Source: Desulfopila sp. (GTDB taxonomy: Bacteria; Desulfobacterota; Desulfobulbia; Desulfobulbales; Desulfocapsaceae). Taken from it: 64,000 nucleotides of DNA. The position numbers and the translations under genes are program-made. Of this stretch, positions 52,217-63,463 are shown one piece after another (positions within the stretch are counted from its first letter, which is position 1; every line of letters starts with the position of its first letter). The stretch is from assembly GCA_047973425.1 (NCBI GenBank), contig JBKEBZ010000048.1, positions 12,258 to 76,257 of the forward strand, given 5' to 3'. The notes below the pieces were generated by a model. The model saw only the letters and a program-made list of their open reading frames with translations. It was not told the DNA's origin and made no database searches.

Positions 52217-53779
52217 ATGAGCGCCTTCCATTCATCGTTGTTTCTTTTTCTCGGACTGCTTTGCGGGTCGTTTATAGGATATCTGCTTCGCAAGCAGTTT
52301 GTCGAAGGACATCAGCGGAACATACATTCCCAGAGTCGACAGATCATCGAAAATGCCATCGTCGAGGCAGAGCAGCTGAAAAAAGAGGCGATTCTTCAGA
52401 GCAAGGAAGAGGTCTACCAGATCAAGCAGGAGGTCGAAAAAGAACTCAAGGCCGATCGGGATGAACTCAAGAGTGAAGAGCGCCAACTCGCCAAAAAACG
52501 GGACAGCCTGAAAAAGGAATGGGATGTCTTCGAGAGAAAAACCAGCGATCTGCAAAACGTCGAAGAACAGCTGAAGACAAGAGAGAGCGGGATCGAGGTC
52601 AAAAACAAGGAGGTCGATGAGCTGCTGGCCAGGCAACGCTATGAGGTAGCGAGAATTGCCGGTGTAAGCCAGGAGGAGGCCAAGAAAATGCTGATGGACT
52701 CCATGGAGAGTGAGGCGCGAATGGAGGCGGCTAAACGCCTGGCCCGTATTGAGACCGAGATGAAGATGGAGGCCGACCGCAAGGCCAAAAATGTCATTGC
52801 CCTGGCCATCTCTCGCTATGCCGGCGACTATGTGGCCGATAAGACCGTATCCATGGTGCCGCTGCCCAACGATGAGATGAAGGGGCGGATAATCGGCCGG
52901 GAGGGACGTAACATCAGGGCGATCGAAGCGGCCACGGGGATAGATATCATCATCGACGATACCCCAGAGGCGGTTATTCTTTCCGGGTTCAATCCCGTTC
53001 GTCGGGAGGTCGCCCGCCTGGCCCTGCTGCAGCTGATTGGCGATGGTCGGATCCATCCAGGGCGGATCGAAGAGGTTGTCGCCAAGGTGACCAACGAGTT
53101 GGAGGTGACAATCCGGGAAGCTGGCGAACAGGCCACCTTCGATGTCGGGGCCCATGGCGTGCACCTCGAACTGATCAAACTTCTCGGCCGGTTACGCTAT
53201 CGCACCAGTTACGGGCAGAATGTGCTGCAGCATTCTCTCGAGGTCGCCTTTCTCTGCGGTATCATGGCTGCCGAACTGGGGATCGATGTCAAGGTAGCCA
53301 AACGGGCCGGCCTGCTTCATGATATCGGTAAGGCGGTCGATCACGAGGTCGAGGGCTCACACGCCATTATCGGCCGTGATCTCGCCAAGAAATATGGAGA
53401 GCCCGAGGATGTCGTTTACGCTATCGGTGCCCATCATGAGGACCAGCCCCCGCAGAGCGTTCTCGATCTGCTGGTCCAGTCCGCCGACGCCCTGTCAGGG
53501 GCGCGGCCCGGCGCTAGAAAGGAGATGCTGCAGAGTTATGTCAAACGCCTGGAAGATCTCGAGGCCATTGCCAATGCCTGCCATGGCGTCGAGAAGTCCT
53601 ATGCGATTCAGGCCGGACGTGATTTGCGGATAATTGTCGATGCCCTGAAGGTCAGTGATGAACAGGCCCTGCTGATGAGTCAGGACATCGCTCGTTCTGT
53701 AGAAGAGAAGCTGACCTATCCCGGCCAGATCCGGGTAACCGTTATCCGGGAAACCAGGGCAATTGAATACGCCAAGTGA
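52217..53779 (+). CDS. rny: Ribonuclease Y
   Basis: N-terminal TM, coiled coil, KH ([13 protein letters not shown]), HD (GLLHDIGK). Confidence 0.97.
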   Translation: MSAFHSSLFLFLGLLCGSFIGYLLRKQFVEGHQRNIHSQSRQIIENAIVEAEQLKKEAILQSKEEVYQIKQEVEKELKADRDELKSEERQLAKKRDSLKKEWDVFERKTSDLQNVEEQLKTRESGIEVKNKEVDELLARQRYEVARIAGVSQEEAKKMLMDSMESEARMEAAKRLARIETEMKMEADRKAKNVIALAISRYAGDYVADKTVSMVPLPNDEMKGRIIGREGRNIRAIEAATGIDIIIDDTPEAVILSGFNPVRREVARLALLQLIGDGRIHPGRIEEVVAKVTNELEVTIREAGEQATFDVGAHGVHLELIKLLGRLRYRTSYGQNVLQHSLEVAFLCGIMAAELGIDVKVAKRAGLLHDIGKAVDHEVEGSHAIIGRDLAKKYGEPEDVVYAIGAHHEDQPPQSVLDLLVQSADALSGARPGARKEMLQSYVKRLEDLEAIANACHGVEKSYAIQAGRDLRIIVDALKVSDEQALLMSQDIARSVEEKLTYPGQIRVTVIRETRAIEYAK

Positions 53780-53799
53780 CCATCGTGGTGAGCCAGGTA

Positions 53800-53938
53800 G
53801 TGTCCATCCAGAAACACGATTTTTTGTCTCAATCGAGGCGCTCGACACATTTTTCCAGGTGCATGTATTCGATATTCCGCTGATAAAATTTCGGGAGTAA
53901 CGAAGGGTTAGGTAAAAAGGCCGTTTCTGGATGAGCGC
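53800..53938 (+). mobile_element. MITE family C
   Basis: TIR GTGTCCATCCAGAAAC/GTTTCTGGATGAGCGC; TSD CAGGTA. Confidence 0.85.
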
Positions 53939-53968
53939 CAGGTAAGCGAGCGGAGCGAGACTCCGGCT

Positions 53969-54326
53969 AACCAGCATGGCTGGATCAGGTGGCCTCTGCC
54001 ACAACGAATCATGATGGGCTCGTAAAAACCCAGATCTACTTCGTTGTAGGTCGCAAACGACAATTCGCTGTACCATATGTACTACCAAATTGTCGTTTGA
54101 GACGCTACGCCTCGTATATCAGGGTTTTTCCTGAGCCCATCCTGGTGGAACATTCGACTTTTTACGAGAACATCAATCATGAAACTCCTCGGCGCGGTAA
54201 CAGAGCGTTCCGCACCAACGAGTTTCATATAAACCAGCATGGCTGGACCAGATAGCCTCAGCCACAACGAATCATGAAAATCCCGAGGAAGTGCCAACGA
54301 CTCCTTGTCGGTGATTTTCGGATAAA
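53969..54326 (-). repeat. Two tandem family B units, one split by a MITE A insertion
   Basis: Unit 54234-54324 intact; unit 53971-54231 interrupted at AATCAT. Confidence 0.85.
54013..54174 (+). mobile_element. MITE family A, subtype 1 (162 bp)
   Basis: 6-bp TSD AATCAT; 3 substitutions versus the 29371 copy. Confidence 0.9.
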
Positions 54327-54395
54327 GCTCGGATATAAATAAAGGGTTAAGGCGGCAACGGCAAGAAAGAGCGAGAGCGAAAAAAGGCAAAACGA

Positions 54396-55610
54396 ATGAC
54401 AATATCCATTGATGAACAGCTGGCATTGTTGGAACGTGGGGTAGTTGATCTGGTTTCCCGTGAGGAGTTGGTCAGAAAACTGCAAAAATCTCAACAGACC
54501 GGAGTTCCCTTGAAGGTCAAGGCAGGTTTCGATCCAACGGCTCCGGACCTTCACCTCGGACATACCGTCCTCTTGCAAAAGCTGAAACATTTTCAGGATC
54601 TGGGACATGATGTCTATTTTCTGATCGGTGACTTCACTGGGATGATCGGCGACCCGACAGGCAAATCGGAGACCCGAAAGCCGCTTACCCCTGAAGATGT
54701 CGCTCGCAATGCCGAGAGCTATAAAGACCAGGTTTTTCATATTCTCGATCCGGACAGGACCAAAGTGGTGTTCAATTCCGCCTGGCTAGGGCAATTGAAC
54801 TCCTATGATATGATCCGCTTGGCCTCTCAGCTGACGGTGGCGCGGATGCTGGAGCGAGAGGACTTTCGCAACCGCTTTGATAGCGGTAAGCCCATTTCCA
54901 TCCATGAATTCATGTATCCGCTCATCCAGGGGTACGATTCCGTGGCCATGGAGGCCGATGTCGAACTGGGCGGCACTGACCAGCTTTTCAATGTTCTGAT
55001 GGGCCGTGACCTTCAGCGGGCCAGGGGACAGGAACCTCAGGTTGTACTGACGATGCCGTTGCTCGAAGGTCTCGACGGCGTCAACAAGATGAGCAAATCC
55101 CTTGGCAATTACATTGGCATTACCGAGCCAGCAAACGATATCTATGGCAAGGTGCTCTCTGTTTCAGACGAGTTGATGTTCCGCTATTACGAGTTGCTGA
55201 GTGATCTGGGCAATGAGGAAATAGCTGCCCTGAAAGTGGCGGTCGAAAACGGCACCCAGCATCCCAAAGAGGTCAAAAAGCAGTTGGCTCGCGAGCTGAC
55301 CATGCGATTCCATGGTCGCCAGGCGGCTCTGGCGGCGGAAAAAAACTTTGAAGAGGTCTTTAAAAAAGGCGGGCTGCCCGACGATATCCCCGAAGTGACG
55401 CTTTCCGCCCGTCAACCATTGTGGGTGCCGCAGCTGCTGCTGGATGCGGATCTTGTCCGTTCCACCTCTGATGGACGACGAATGATCCAACAGAACGCGG
55501 TCAGTATCGATGGGGAAAAGGTGACCGATATCCAGGGCATGGTGCAACCAGAGGGGGAATTGCTGGTCAAAGTCGGTAAGCGCCGATTCTGCAAGGTGAA
55601 ATTCGCCTAG
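54396..55610 (+). CDS. tyrS: Tyrosine--tRNA ligase
   Basis: [19 protein letters not shown]-terminal S4 domain. Confidence 0.97.
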   Translation: MTISIDEQLALLERGVVDLVSREELVRKLQKSQQTGVPLKVKAGFDPTAPDLHLGHTVLLQKLKHFQDLGHDVYFLIGDFTGMIGDPTGKSETRKPLTPEDVARNAESYKDQVFHILDPDRTKVVFNSAWLGQLNSYDMIRLASQLTVARMLEREDFRNRFDSGKPISIHEFMYPLIQGYDSVAMEADVELGGTDQLFNVLMGRDLQRARGQEPQVVLTMPLLEGLDGVNKMSKSLGNYIGITEPANDIYGKVLSVSDELMFRYYELLSDLGNEEIAALKVAVENGTQHPKEVKKQLARELTMRFHGRQAALAAEKNFEEVFKKGGLPDDIPEVTLSARQPLWVPQLLLDADLVRSTSDGRRMIQQNAVSIDGEKVTDIQGMVQPEGELLVKVGKRRFCKVKFA

Positions 55611-55636
55611 AGACAAAACAAGCAACTGAAGAATCC

Positions 55637-55690
55637 AAAAGCCGGCAAGAGAAAGAAAGGAGCTGTTCCTTTTTTCTTGCCGGCTTTTTT
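55637..55690. terminator. Bidirectional intrinsic terminator
   Basis: AAAAGCCGGCAAGA...TCTTGCCGGCTTTTTT between convergent tyrS and fur-like gene. Confidence 0.85.
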
Positions 55691-55725
55691 CGCTGACACC
55701 CTTTACGTCTGGGCTGATGTTATAT

Positions 55726-55822
55726 TTTATCCGAAAATCGCCAGTGCGAAAAGCTCTGTTGCCGCACCGGGGATTTGCATCGTTTGTTGTGGCTGAGGTT
55801 ACCTGGTCCAGTCATGCTGGTT
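55726..55822 (+). repeat. Family B hairpin element
   Basis: TT-TATCCGAAAATC...CATGCTGG-TT, abutting the fur-like stop codon. Confidence 0.8.
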
Positions 55823-56268
55823 TATATATGGGAATGATCTGACTTGACTTCCTGGTACTGGGCCTGCTGTTGACAGCTCGGGCAGATCCCGGAAAATTCG
55901 ATATGGTGGCCAAGTATTTTGTAATTAACGGACGCCATGGCGGCCTGATTGATCTCTTCTTGTACCGGAATATCGATGTCGTCGACCTTGCCGCATTCCG
56001 AGCAGCGCACATGGTAATGTGGTTCTATTGTGGCGTCGAACCGTTTCTGGGTTCCGCCCACTTCCAGCTTTAAAATGATCCCGCTGTCCGCCAGCAGTTC
56101 CAGGTTGCGGTAGACGGTTCCGAGGCCAATACGTGGCAATCGTTTTCGCACCATGTCGTAAACTTCGTTGGCGGTCGGATGACTCTTGACCTTGCCGAGC
56201 TCTTCTAAAATGATCTGGCGTTGGGTCGTTAACCGCATATTTGGCAGTGTTTCTACAGTGTTATTCAT
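55822..56268 (-). CDS. Fur-family regulator (PerR-like)
   Basis: HPTA, GTVYRNL, RFD..PHYH, CxxC twice. Confidence 0.9.
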   Translation of the reverse strand: MNNTVETLPNMRLTTQRQIILEELGKVKSHPTANEVYDMVRKRLPRIGLGTVYRNLELLADSGIILKLEVGGTQKRFDATIEPHYHVRCSECGKVDDIDIPVQEEINQAAMASVNYKILGHHIEFSGICPSCQQQAQYQEVKSDHSHI

Positions 56269-56286
56269 GACGTTGGCCCCGTGGTG

Positions 56287-56301
56287 TGAGAATGATTTCT
56301 G
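56287..56301. promoter_or_regulatory. Possible Fur-type box (autoregulation)
   Basis: TGAGAAT-G-ATTTCTG, a partial 7-1-7 match just upstream of the start. Confidence 0.35.
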
Positions 56302-56353
56302 TTTAGAAATTATATATCACGAAGATTTTTTTTCAACGGAAATTTCAATAGCT

Positions 56354-56516
56354 AACCAGTATGCTGGACCAGAATCCCTCAGCCGCAACGAACCATGAAA
56401 ATCTTCGCTACGGTAACAGCCGTAGAGGTATCCGTTCTGGCGAGTTTGGGATAACCTCTTCGTTGTGTTCGAAATAGTATCCTCGGAGGGGAGTGTAGAC
56501 TCGTCTGGATGAACAC
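56354..56516 (-). repeat. Family B unit (56354-56455) joined to an internally deleted MITE C left part (56456-56516)
   Basis: Minus strand GTGTTCATCCAGA...CCGAGGATA...AACGAAGAG-GT-TATCCC...CTGG-TT-AG. Confidence 0.75.
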
Positions 56517-56556
56517 AAGGGAATATCCCCACCGCTCTCTGGCAAGGAGATGTCCG

Positions 56557-57873
56557 TTACCGTTCTCTGTGAGCCGAAGGGAAGCAGGATGAATCGAGAC
56601 AGGGATTGAAGTAGCCGTAGCCGAGTTCGGGAAACCGGGTCTGCAGACGAGCGAACCAGGTGCGGATGCCTGCAGATGGCCGATTCGTCTTAAACTCCAG
56701 AGTGTTGAGATACCACTCGGGGTCCATGTTGAGATTGCGCAACTGGATGAAGTCGGGCGAGAGCTCTGCGATGAAATGGCACAGGGCATCCCATTCATCT
56801 TCGGAATCGGTTACGCCAGGTAGGACGAAATAGTTCAGAGAAACGAATTTCCCAGCCTCTTTCATGACCCGAATCGATTCCCTGACGTCAGCGAATTGGT
56901 AGCCCCTGGGGCGGTAGTAGCGATGGTAATACCGTTCTTGGACCGAGTTGAGACTGACCCGGAGGGAGTCGAGCCCTGCCTTGGCGAGACGGGCGACACT
57001 GTGCGGCAGGCTGGCATTGCTGTTGAGGTTGATGGTCCCTCTGCCGGTTGCCTTGCGGATCATCCGGATGGCCTGCTCGATGGTGTTGGCCTGCAGCAAC
57101 GGCTCGCCCTCGCAACCCTGACCAAAGCTGACGATGGCCCGTTCTGCTGTTTGCAGATGGGGAATCGCCATGGAACTGATCTCCCTGGCGGTGGGCACAA
57201 AGGTGATCCTCTCCTGGCTGGAGGGACAGCAACCGGATTCCTGCAGGGAAATACAACCGACACAACGGGCGTTGCACTCTGGCGAGGTGGGCAGGGGGGC
57301 TTCCCAGCGGCCAAGAAAATAGTTTCTGGCTGCCGGACAGCCGTAGGTGAGGCAGCATTTGCCCAGGTGCTGGATGAGCCGATTGTCCCGCCGGCTCTTG
57401 AGCAGCGCTTTGGTTCTTTTGATCACCGCGGCCTGGCGGTACTGGTTCCTGTCCTGGCGGATATCCCTGTCGCTGCGAAAGGCCGGTACCCAGAAGCTGT
57501 TGTCGTACCAGCCGACAGCGGTATAGGCAAAGAGGGGCAGGGTCGGTGCATCCGGCAGACTCCGGTAGGCGCTGCTGAGGATGGTGGTGTGGGCCGGAGC
57601 CATGAATGCCGCCACCGCCTGAACCGTGCGGCCCGGGTTGTACGGGTCGTCCTCGACCAGCAGGGGCTCGGCGGTTACCGGGTCGCAGCCGACGGGCAAC
57701 CGCATGGGGAGCGCGAAGAGTTCGCTGCCTTCCGGCAGCGGTATCAAGTCCTGGAGGTCGGGAAGGCGAAAAGATCCCGCCGTCATGCCGGCCATCTTCA
57801 ATTCGGGGAAGTCAGTGATTGTCCCCTTTTCGTCGGCCAGCACCAGGAATGGAACCTCTTGCGGATGAATCAC
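56557..57873 (-). CDS. Radical SAM protein of unknown substrate
   Basis: CNARCVGC CxxxCxxC; FGQGCEGEP; extra CCLTYGCP. Confidence 0.88.
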   Translation of the reverse strand: MIHPQEVPFLVLADEKGTITDFPELKMAGMTAGSFRLPDLQDLIPLPEGSELFALPMRLPVGCDPVTAEPLLVEDDPYNPGRTVQAVAAFMAPAHTTILSSAYRSLPDAPTLPLFAYTAVGWYDNSFWVPAFRSDRDIRQDRNQYRQAAVIKRTKALLKSRRDNRLIQHLGKCCLTYGCPAARNYFLGRWEAPLPTSPECNARCVGCISLQESGCCPSSQERITFVPTAREISSMAIPHLQTAERAIVSFGQGCEGEPLLQANTIEQAIRMIRKATGRGTINLNSNASLPHSVARLAKAGLDSLRVSLNSVQERYYHRYYRPRGYQFADVRESIRVMKEAGKFVSLNYFVLPGVTDSEDEWDALCHFIAELSPDFIQLRNLNMDPEWYLNTLEFKTNRPSAGIRTWFARLQTRFPELGYGYFNPCLDSSCFPSAHRER

Positions 57874-58295
57874 GATTCGCGCAGTACCCTGAAAACCGAA
57901 TCGATAGCCCGGTACACATCGAGATCATCACCGAAGACATCGAGGACATCCGGATGGTCGACAAGGTCTTCCACCACATACTGGGTCAGGTAGAGACTGA
58001 CGATATTGGGGTCCTGAACCAGGGTGCGGAGAGGGGCGATCTTCATCTGGAGGTCGAAATCCTCGAGCATCGCCAGCTTGTGGAGTTGTTCCTCGATTCC
58101 CTTTTTGATGCCGCTCGTCGATGAAATCTCGATTATTTCCCGGTCGATCAACCGTTGCACCAGTTTGGTGGCCAGGGGCTCGGCATGATCTTTTGCGGTG
58201 CGGAACATCTGCCGCCGTTCCCTCTCCCGTTTGCGGTCGATGGCCCGGATGGTTTTGTCTGTCGATCGGCTGGCGCTGATACTTACTTTTGCCAT
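57870..58295 (-). CDS. Hypothetical protein
   Basis: GGAG RBS, typical codon usage, 4-nt overlap with the radical SAM gene; DVFGDD tail. Confidence 0.75.
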   Translation of the reverse strand: MAKVSISASRSTDKTIRAIDRKRERERRQMFRTAKDHAEPLATKLVQRLIDREIIEISSTSGIKKGIEEQLHKLAMLEDFDLQMKIAPLRTLVQDPNIVSLYLTQYVVEDLVDHPDVLDVFGDDLDVYRAIDSVFRVLRES

Positions 58296-58387
58296 GAATG
58301 TCTCCCGAAAATATCCTCCCGCCAGGCGGGATGCGTGATGAAGGTGAGTCTATTTCATACTGTAATCTCGCTTTATAAACTGAAAAG

Positions 58388-60577
58388 CTATTTATCACTA
58401 TTATAAAGTTCTGCATAGCGGTTCATCAGGGCGATATGCTCCGGGGGCAGGTGCAGATTATAGCGTTTGAGGTACTCAGCGGCCACACGGTTGGTATTGA
58501 AGATCGGGATGTTCAAGGCAAGATTCATGATGCTCTGCTGAAGAAATCTGTCTGGTTTTCCAGGGTTGTAAAACATGTCGATGACCTCGGGCAACAGCCG
58601 GTAGAACGAGCTGGAATCTTCGAAGTAGAGCAGCTGTTCCCGCGATTCGTTGAGACTGGCGCTGTCGATGGGGCCTTCGTGGCCAAACTTCCAGCCCGTG
58701 GCTCCGTCGTGATAGCCTTCGGCCCACCAGCCGTCCATGATGGAGATGTTGGGCACGCCATTCATTGCCGCCTTCATGCCACTGGTGCCGGAGGCCTCGA
58801 GCGGTCGTTTGGGACAGTTCAGCCAGGCATGCACGCCGGCGACCAGCATCTTGGCGATGGCCATGTCATAGTTGGGAATGAAGATAAGACTTGCCAACCC
58901 TTCGCTTTTGCTAAAGAGCGCCTCCTGGTAGTAGAGGATCTCCTTGAGAACCTTTTTGCCCGGTTCGTCGGACGGATGGGCCTTGCCGGCAAAAATGAAG
59001 TTGATGGGCCTGCCCGATTCCACGATGGTTCGGCAGAGGGTGTCCATGTCGTAGAAAATGAGGTCGGCCCGCTTGTAGGTGGAAAATCGGCGGGCAAAAC
59101 CGATGGTGAAAACGTCTGAACGGACGATGGCCCGGTCGTCGAACAGGGTGGAGAAATAATTGGGCGGGTTGATCCAGGTCTCGGTCATCTGCAGGCGATG
59201 TTGCTGCAGCATGGTGTTGAGGTAATTGACCAGGGTCTGGTTGTCTCGCTGCCAGGCGTTCTGCAGGCTGGCCATGAAGTCATAGTCCGTCAGCAGGGAG
59301 CGGCAGTTGGCGAAGACTCCTGGGTCGCTGCGCCAGTTGGCCAGTTGCTCGACAGAGTCGAAGACCGCGGCCCGTTCGTCGCTGATCCAGGTGAGATGAT
59401 GAACGCCATTGGTGATCGCCGAAATTTTTTCGGCGAACTGGGGAAACTGCCAGTGGGTGACATCGCGATGCAGTCGGCTGACGCTGTTGGCGCTACGGTT
59501 GACCCGCATGGCCATGTTGGTGAAGTTGTACTCGTTTACATGCTCTTCGTCCACGGCGAGAATGTCAAGAATGTCCTGGCAGGTCTGGCAGCATATTTCT
59601 CGATAGACCGTTTTGTTGAACCGGTCGTGACCGGCTTTGATGGGGGTGTGGATGGTGTAGACCAGCCTGTCGGCGACCTGGGCGGCCGTCTCTCTGATCA
59701 TTGCCGGAGTCGGGGTGGAGAGGTGCTCCCTGGCCATGCGCCCATGCAACTCTTCGGCGATGAACTGCATGGCGAGGACCACACCGTGCTGCTCGTTGAG
59801 GTGAAAGGTCCGGGAGGTGATCCCCAGGGCGCGCAGCGCCGGAAGAATACCCATGCCGAGCATCCGTCGCTGGATCGCCTTGGTGATCGATGAATCGGCG
59901 TTGTAAAGTTGTGAGGCGGCGGTGCGAAAGATGGCGGGGGTGTCGGCGGAGGCGAAATCGAGGAGGATTTCGGGGACGAAAAAATCGAGGGAATGACTGA
60001 CTTCGAGTTTCATCCACATCTGGGCAGAGAGAATGAACTCCTGATTGGTGGTGGTGCAAAAAGGTATTTCGATAGTGAGCGGTCGGTCCGGTTCTTCGGG
60101 GTCGCGAAGCTGGAAGAGGCATGGGGTATTCTCCGGCGGCCAGATGACCTTTTGCGAGATCTGACCGAGCTTGGAGTCGACGATCTGGGAGAAATAGCCG
60201 CTGCGGTAGAGCAGGCTGACCGCCACTACCGGCAGCCGGCAATCGGCGTAACTTTTTAAGGTGTCGCCGGCCAGGACTCCGAGGCCACCGCTATAGTTGG
60301 GAATTTTCTGGTAGCCATGAAGATACTTGGCGAGAATATCCCGATAGTTGTCCGAGACGCCCCCGGTCTGCGGTGTGAGCAGCAATTTGTCACGTACGGG
60401 GTTGTAGACATCAGGGTCGGCTCCTATCTCCATCGAGATATATGCCACCGAATTGCCATCAGCAGCACAGAGCTTCTGCCACACCTCATCGAACACCTGC
60501 TGTGATACACCAAAGAGCTCTCCAAAACGACTGGTCACCACCATACTGTCATAAAAGAGCGATGCGGAAGTTGTCAT
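58388..60577 (-). CDS. glgP: Alpha-glucan (glycogen) phosphorylase
   Basis: YSGGLGVLAGD, ITNGVH, FARRFSTYKR and EASGTSGMKA (PLP lysine). Confidence 0.92.
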   Translation of the reverse strand: MTTSASLFYDSMVVTSRFGELFGVSQQVFDEVWQKLCAADGNSVAYISMEIGADPDVYNPVRDKLLLTPQTGGVSDNYRDILAKYLHGYQKIPNYSGGLGVLAGDTLKSYADCRLPVVAVSLLYRSGYFSQIVDSKLGQISQKVIWPPENTPCLFQLRDPEEPDRPLTIEIPFCTTTNQEFILSAQMWMKLEVSHSLDFFVPEILLDFASADTPAIFRTAASQLYNADSSITKAIQRRMLGMGILPALRALGITSRTFHLNEQHGVVLAMQFIAEELHGRMAREHLSTPTPAMIRETAAQVADRLVYTIHTPIKAGHDRFNKTVYREICCQTCQDILDILAVDEEHVNEYNFTNMAMRVNRSANSVSRLHRDVTHWQFPQFAEKISAITNGVHHLTWISDERAAVFDSVEQLANWRSDPGVFANCRSLLTDYDFMASLQNAWQRDNQTLVNYLNTMLQQHRLQMTETWINPPNYFSTLFDDRAIVRSDVFTIGFARRFSTYKRADLIFYDMDTLCRTIVESGRPINFIFAGKAHPSDEPGKKVLKEILYYQEALFSKSEGLASLIFIPNYDMAIAKMLVAGVHAWLNCPKRPLEASGTSGMKAAMNGVPNISIMDGWWAEGYHDGATGWKFGHEGPIDSASLNESREQLLYFEDSSSFYRLLPEVIDMFYNPGKPDRFLQQSIMNLALNIPIFNTNRVAAEYLKRYNLHLPPEHIALMNRYAELYNSDK

Positions 60578-60914
60578 TGTCCTAACAGAAAAAATGTGTT
60601 AAAATGAAGTGTTTATGGAAGGGCTTCAGCCTCTTGCGGATGAGATCTGTTATTTTTTGCATATAATACCAATTCTTCGTTGTTGCCACAGTAAGAAAGT
60701 GGCGGATGGCCTGATAGCGATCATAAGATGGAAAAGAAAAGATATCGGCTCGCCAGACCTTGATAAAAATCAGTTGAATTTGTAGGCTTTCATCTATATA
60801 TAGCCAGAGAAGAGAAGACGGTGAAAAAAAACGAAAAATCACCGCTCGAATGTATCGAGACCTCTCCTTTGCTGTGTAAACAATTTTTTTCAAGAGTCGT
60901 AGGAGGTTTTTGCC

Positions 60915-61415
60915 ATGTGGATGAACAGAGTCGCATTGCTTGCACTGGTTTGTGCTTCATTTCTCGTTGTGTCGGGTTGTGCCAAAAAAGAGACCACAGA
61001 CACGGGTATGCAGTCTGATGCCGCTGGGACCGAGGAGTCGCTGGATACGGCGGCCAGTGGCGGCATCAGCGAAGGCCGTACCTCGGCCCCCATGCTGCCG
61101 GTGTATTTCGATTTTGATGCCTCCGGCATCAGGGGTGACCAGCAGTCGCGCATTCAGGTCAACGCCGATTTCCTCAATCAGAAGCCGGACGTGACCATTC
61201 GTATCGAAGGAAACTGCGACCAGCGTGGGACCAACGAATACAATATGGCCCTTGGTGAGAGGCGTGCTCTTGCCGCCAAAAAATATCTCGTGCATCTTGG
61301 CATTGCCGAGAGCAGAATGAGTACCGTAAGTTACGGCGAAGAGCGCGCGCTTCTGCAGGGCCAGGACGAGCTCTCCTGGGCTCAGAACCGTCGTGATGAC
61401 TTTGTGATCGAATAA
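60915..61415 (+). CDS. pal: Peptidoglycan-associated lipoprotein
   Basis: VSGC lipobox; YFDFD, EGNCDQRGTNEYN.ALG.RRA, NRR. Confidence 0.94.
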   Translation: MWMNRVALLALVCASFLVVSGCAKKETTDTGMQSDAAGTEESLDTAASGGISEGRTSAPMLPVYFDFDASGIRGDQQSRIQVNADFLNQKPDVTIRIEGNCDQRGTNEYNMALGERRALAAKKYLVHLGIAESRMSTVSYGEERALLQGQDELSWAQNRRDDFVIE

Positions 61416-61425
61416 AGCGGTCAGG

Positions 61426-61615
61426 AGCCAGCACAGCTGGACCAGGAATCCTCGGCTTCAACGGACAATGAAATTCCGAGCCCGGCAAGCAGTTCCTCCG
61501 TGCCGAGGAGTTTCGGATAAACCAGCACAGCTGGACCAGGAATCCTCGGCCACGGCGGGCAACGAAACTCCTGGTTCGGCAAGAGCGCCTTCCGCGCCGA
61601 TGAGTTTTGGATAAA
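61426..61615 (-). repeat. Two tandem family B units (variant CCAGCACAGCTGG end)
   Basis: 94-bp period; AA-CCAG junction. Confidence 0.8.
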
Positions 61616-61663
61616 CCAGTCGATCTGCTCTGGCAGGGCAGAGCGACGCAAGTGGAGAAGGTT

Positions 61664-62188
61664 ATGAATGTGAAAAGGTTGTTGGTGGCGTTGATCTTGG
61701 TAGGCACGCTCTTTCTGCTTGGGGCAGGTCAGGTGCTCGCCGAGTCGAAATTTGCGGTAATGAATGTGCAGCGTGTCATTACCCAGTGTGATGCGGGCAA
61801 AAAGGCCAAAACCAGGTTCGAGGCCCGGATGAAGGATCTCCAGGGCAAGTTCAAAGGGGAACAGGATCAGCTCGTTGCCCTGCAGAATGATATCGAAAAG
61901 AAGAGTTCCGCCTGGAGCGAGCAGAAGAAGATCGACAAGGTCCGTGAACTGCAGAAAAATCGTCGTGACCTGCAGGACAAGACCGATGATGCCAACCTCG
62001 AGCTGAAACAGCTGCAGGAAAAAGAGCTGCAGCCGATCCTGAAGGCCTTGGAAAAGGTTGTTACCGATTATGGCAAAAAGAACGGCTATATGGCTATCTT
62101 CGATATCAAGGGTGGGGTGATTTATTACGAAAATTCCATCGATGTCACCGATGACATAATCAAGGGAGTCAATTCGGCGATGAAGTAA
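61664..62188 (+). CDS. skp: OmpH/Skp periplasmic chaperone
   Basis: Signal peptide; KFAVMNVQRV...coiled coil...IDVTDDII. Confidence 0.88.
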   Translation: MNVKRLLVALILVGTLFLLGAGQVLAESKFAVMNVQRVITQCDAGKKAKTRFEARMKDLQGKFKGEQDQLVALQNDIEKKSSAWSEQKKIDKVRELQKNRRDLQDKTDDANLELKQLQEKELQPILKALEKVVTDYGKKNGYMAIFDIKGGVIYYENSIDVTDDIIKGVNSAMK

Positions 62189-62399
62189 TCGGCGAGTCGG
62201 GCGGGGTTTGCCGGGGGCGGCTTCTCACCGTCGGTGAAGCGAAACGATGTCAGGGGATCTTCTCCTTTGACATCGTTTTCTTGTTTGTCATTCCTGTGAA
62301 CGGGGCGAGCGGCTATCACTGCCGGGTGAAGGTGGTACGCTCTCACTGTTTACATATCGATTTGTGGCCTTTATCGGGCCATTGGCAAGAGGACAAGGT

Positions 62400-63281
62400 A
62401 TGGTTGTGCGAAGTATGACCGGTTTCGGCAGAGGGGAGGCGACGAGGGCGGGCCGGTTCTGGACCGTTGAGGTTCGTTCCGTCAACAATCGTTTTCTGGA
62501 TTTGAAGATCAAATTGCCCAAAGGCTACCTGGCCCTGGAAGAGCGGGTGAGAAAACGGGTCGCCGAGTACCACCAGCGTGGTCGGGTCGATTTGTCGCTG
62601 TCGCTTACCGGTGATTTTTCCGATCTCCTCCATGTCCATGTCAATCTGGCTCTGGCTGACAGTTATCATCAGGCTCTCGAGAGCCTGGCGGAGAGGTTCA
62701 CGTTGAGTGGAGATCTTTCCGCCGTCCAGCTGGCGGCCTGTCCCGAGGTGCTGGTACGGGAGCAGGATGAGGAAGATCTCGACGCGGTCTGGCCGCAGGT
62801 CTCGGAGGCCCTGGATGCGGCGTTGTTCTCCTGCGAGACGATGCGCCGGCAGGAGGGGGCGGCTCTGGTCGCGGATCTGGCGGCACGGCTTGCCGGTTTC
62901 CAGCAGACGGTGACCGGCATCGAGGGCGCAATCCCGGGTTTGTTGCAACAGCGGCAGGAACAACTGCAGGTGCGGTTGGAGAGACTGCTTACCGGTGTCG
63001 AACTCGATCCCCAGCGCCTGGCCCAGGAGGTGGCGATCCTGGCAGACAAGACGGATGTCACCGAGGAGATTGTCAGGTTACGCAGTCATATCCAACAGTT
63101 TGAGAATTTTCTCATCGAAGGGGCTGCGGTTGGCAGAAAACTCGATTTTCTCATCCAGGAGTTTCTTCGAGAGGTGAACACCATCGCCTCGAAAATAACC
63201 GATGCCGATATCGCCCATCTGACGGTGAATTTGAAAAGCGAGCTGGAAAAAATGCGGGAGCAGGTTCAGAATCTAGAATAG
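62400..63281 (+). CDS. yicC: YicC/YloC-family endoribonuclease
   Basis: SMTGFGR, EVRSVNNRFLD, GRKLDFLIQE.REVNTIASK, REQVQNLE. Confidence 0.94.
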   Translation: MVVRSMTGFGRGEATRAGRFWTVEVRSVNNRFLDLKIKLPKGYLALEERVRKRVAEYHQRGRVDLSLSLTGDFSDLLHVHVNLALADSYHQALESLAERFTLSGDLSAVQLAACPEVLVREQDEEDLDAVWPQVSEALDAALFSCETMRRQEGAALVADLAARLAGFQQTVTGIEGAIPGLLQQRQEQLQVRLERLLTGVELDPQRLAQEVAILADKTDVTEEIVRLRSHIQQFENFLIEGAAVGRKLDFLIQEFLREVNTIASKITDADIAHLTVNLKSELEKMREQVQNLE

Positions 63282-63367
63282 ATCTGCCTGATTGGTCCCT
63301 CTCGCTGGGCAGGTGGATGTCAAGAGACTGTCGCCTCAGCTGGTCAGGGCGCGGGAGGGTACAGTGA

Positions 63368-63462
63368 TAAATAAAGCTCGTCAACACGGATACCTCTGTT
63401 ACCGCGCCGAGGAGTTGCAGGTTGTGTTGTGGCTGAGGCTCTCTGGTCCAGCCCTGCTGGTT
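63368..63462 (+). repeat. Family B hairpin element (diverged)
   Basis: TGGCTGAGGCTCTCTGGTCCAGCCCTGCTGG-TT. Confidence 0.75.
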
Positions 63463-63463
63463 C

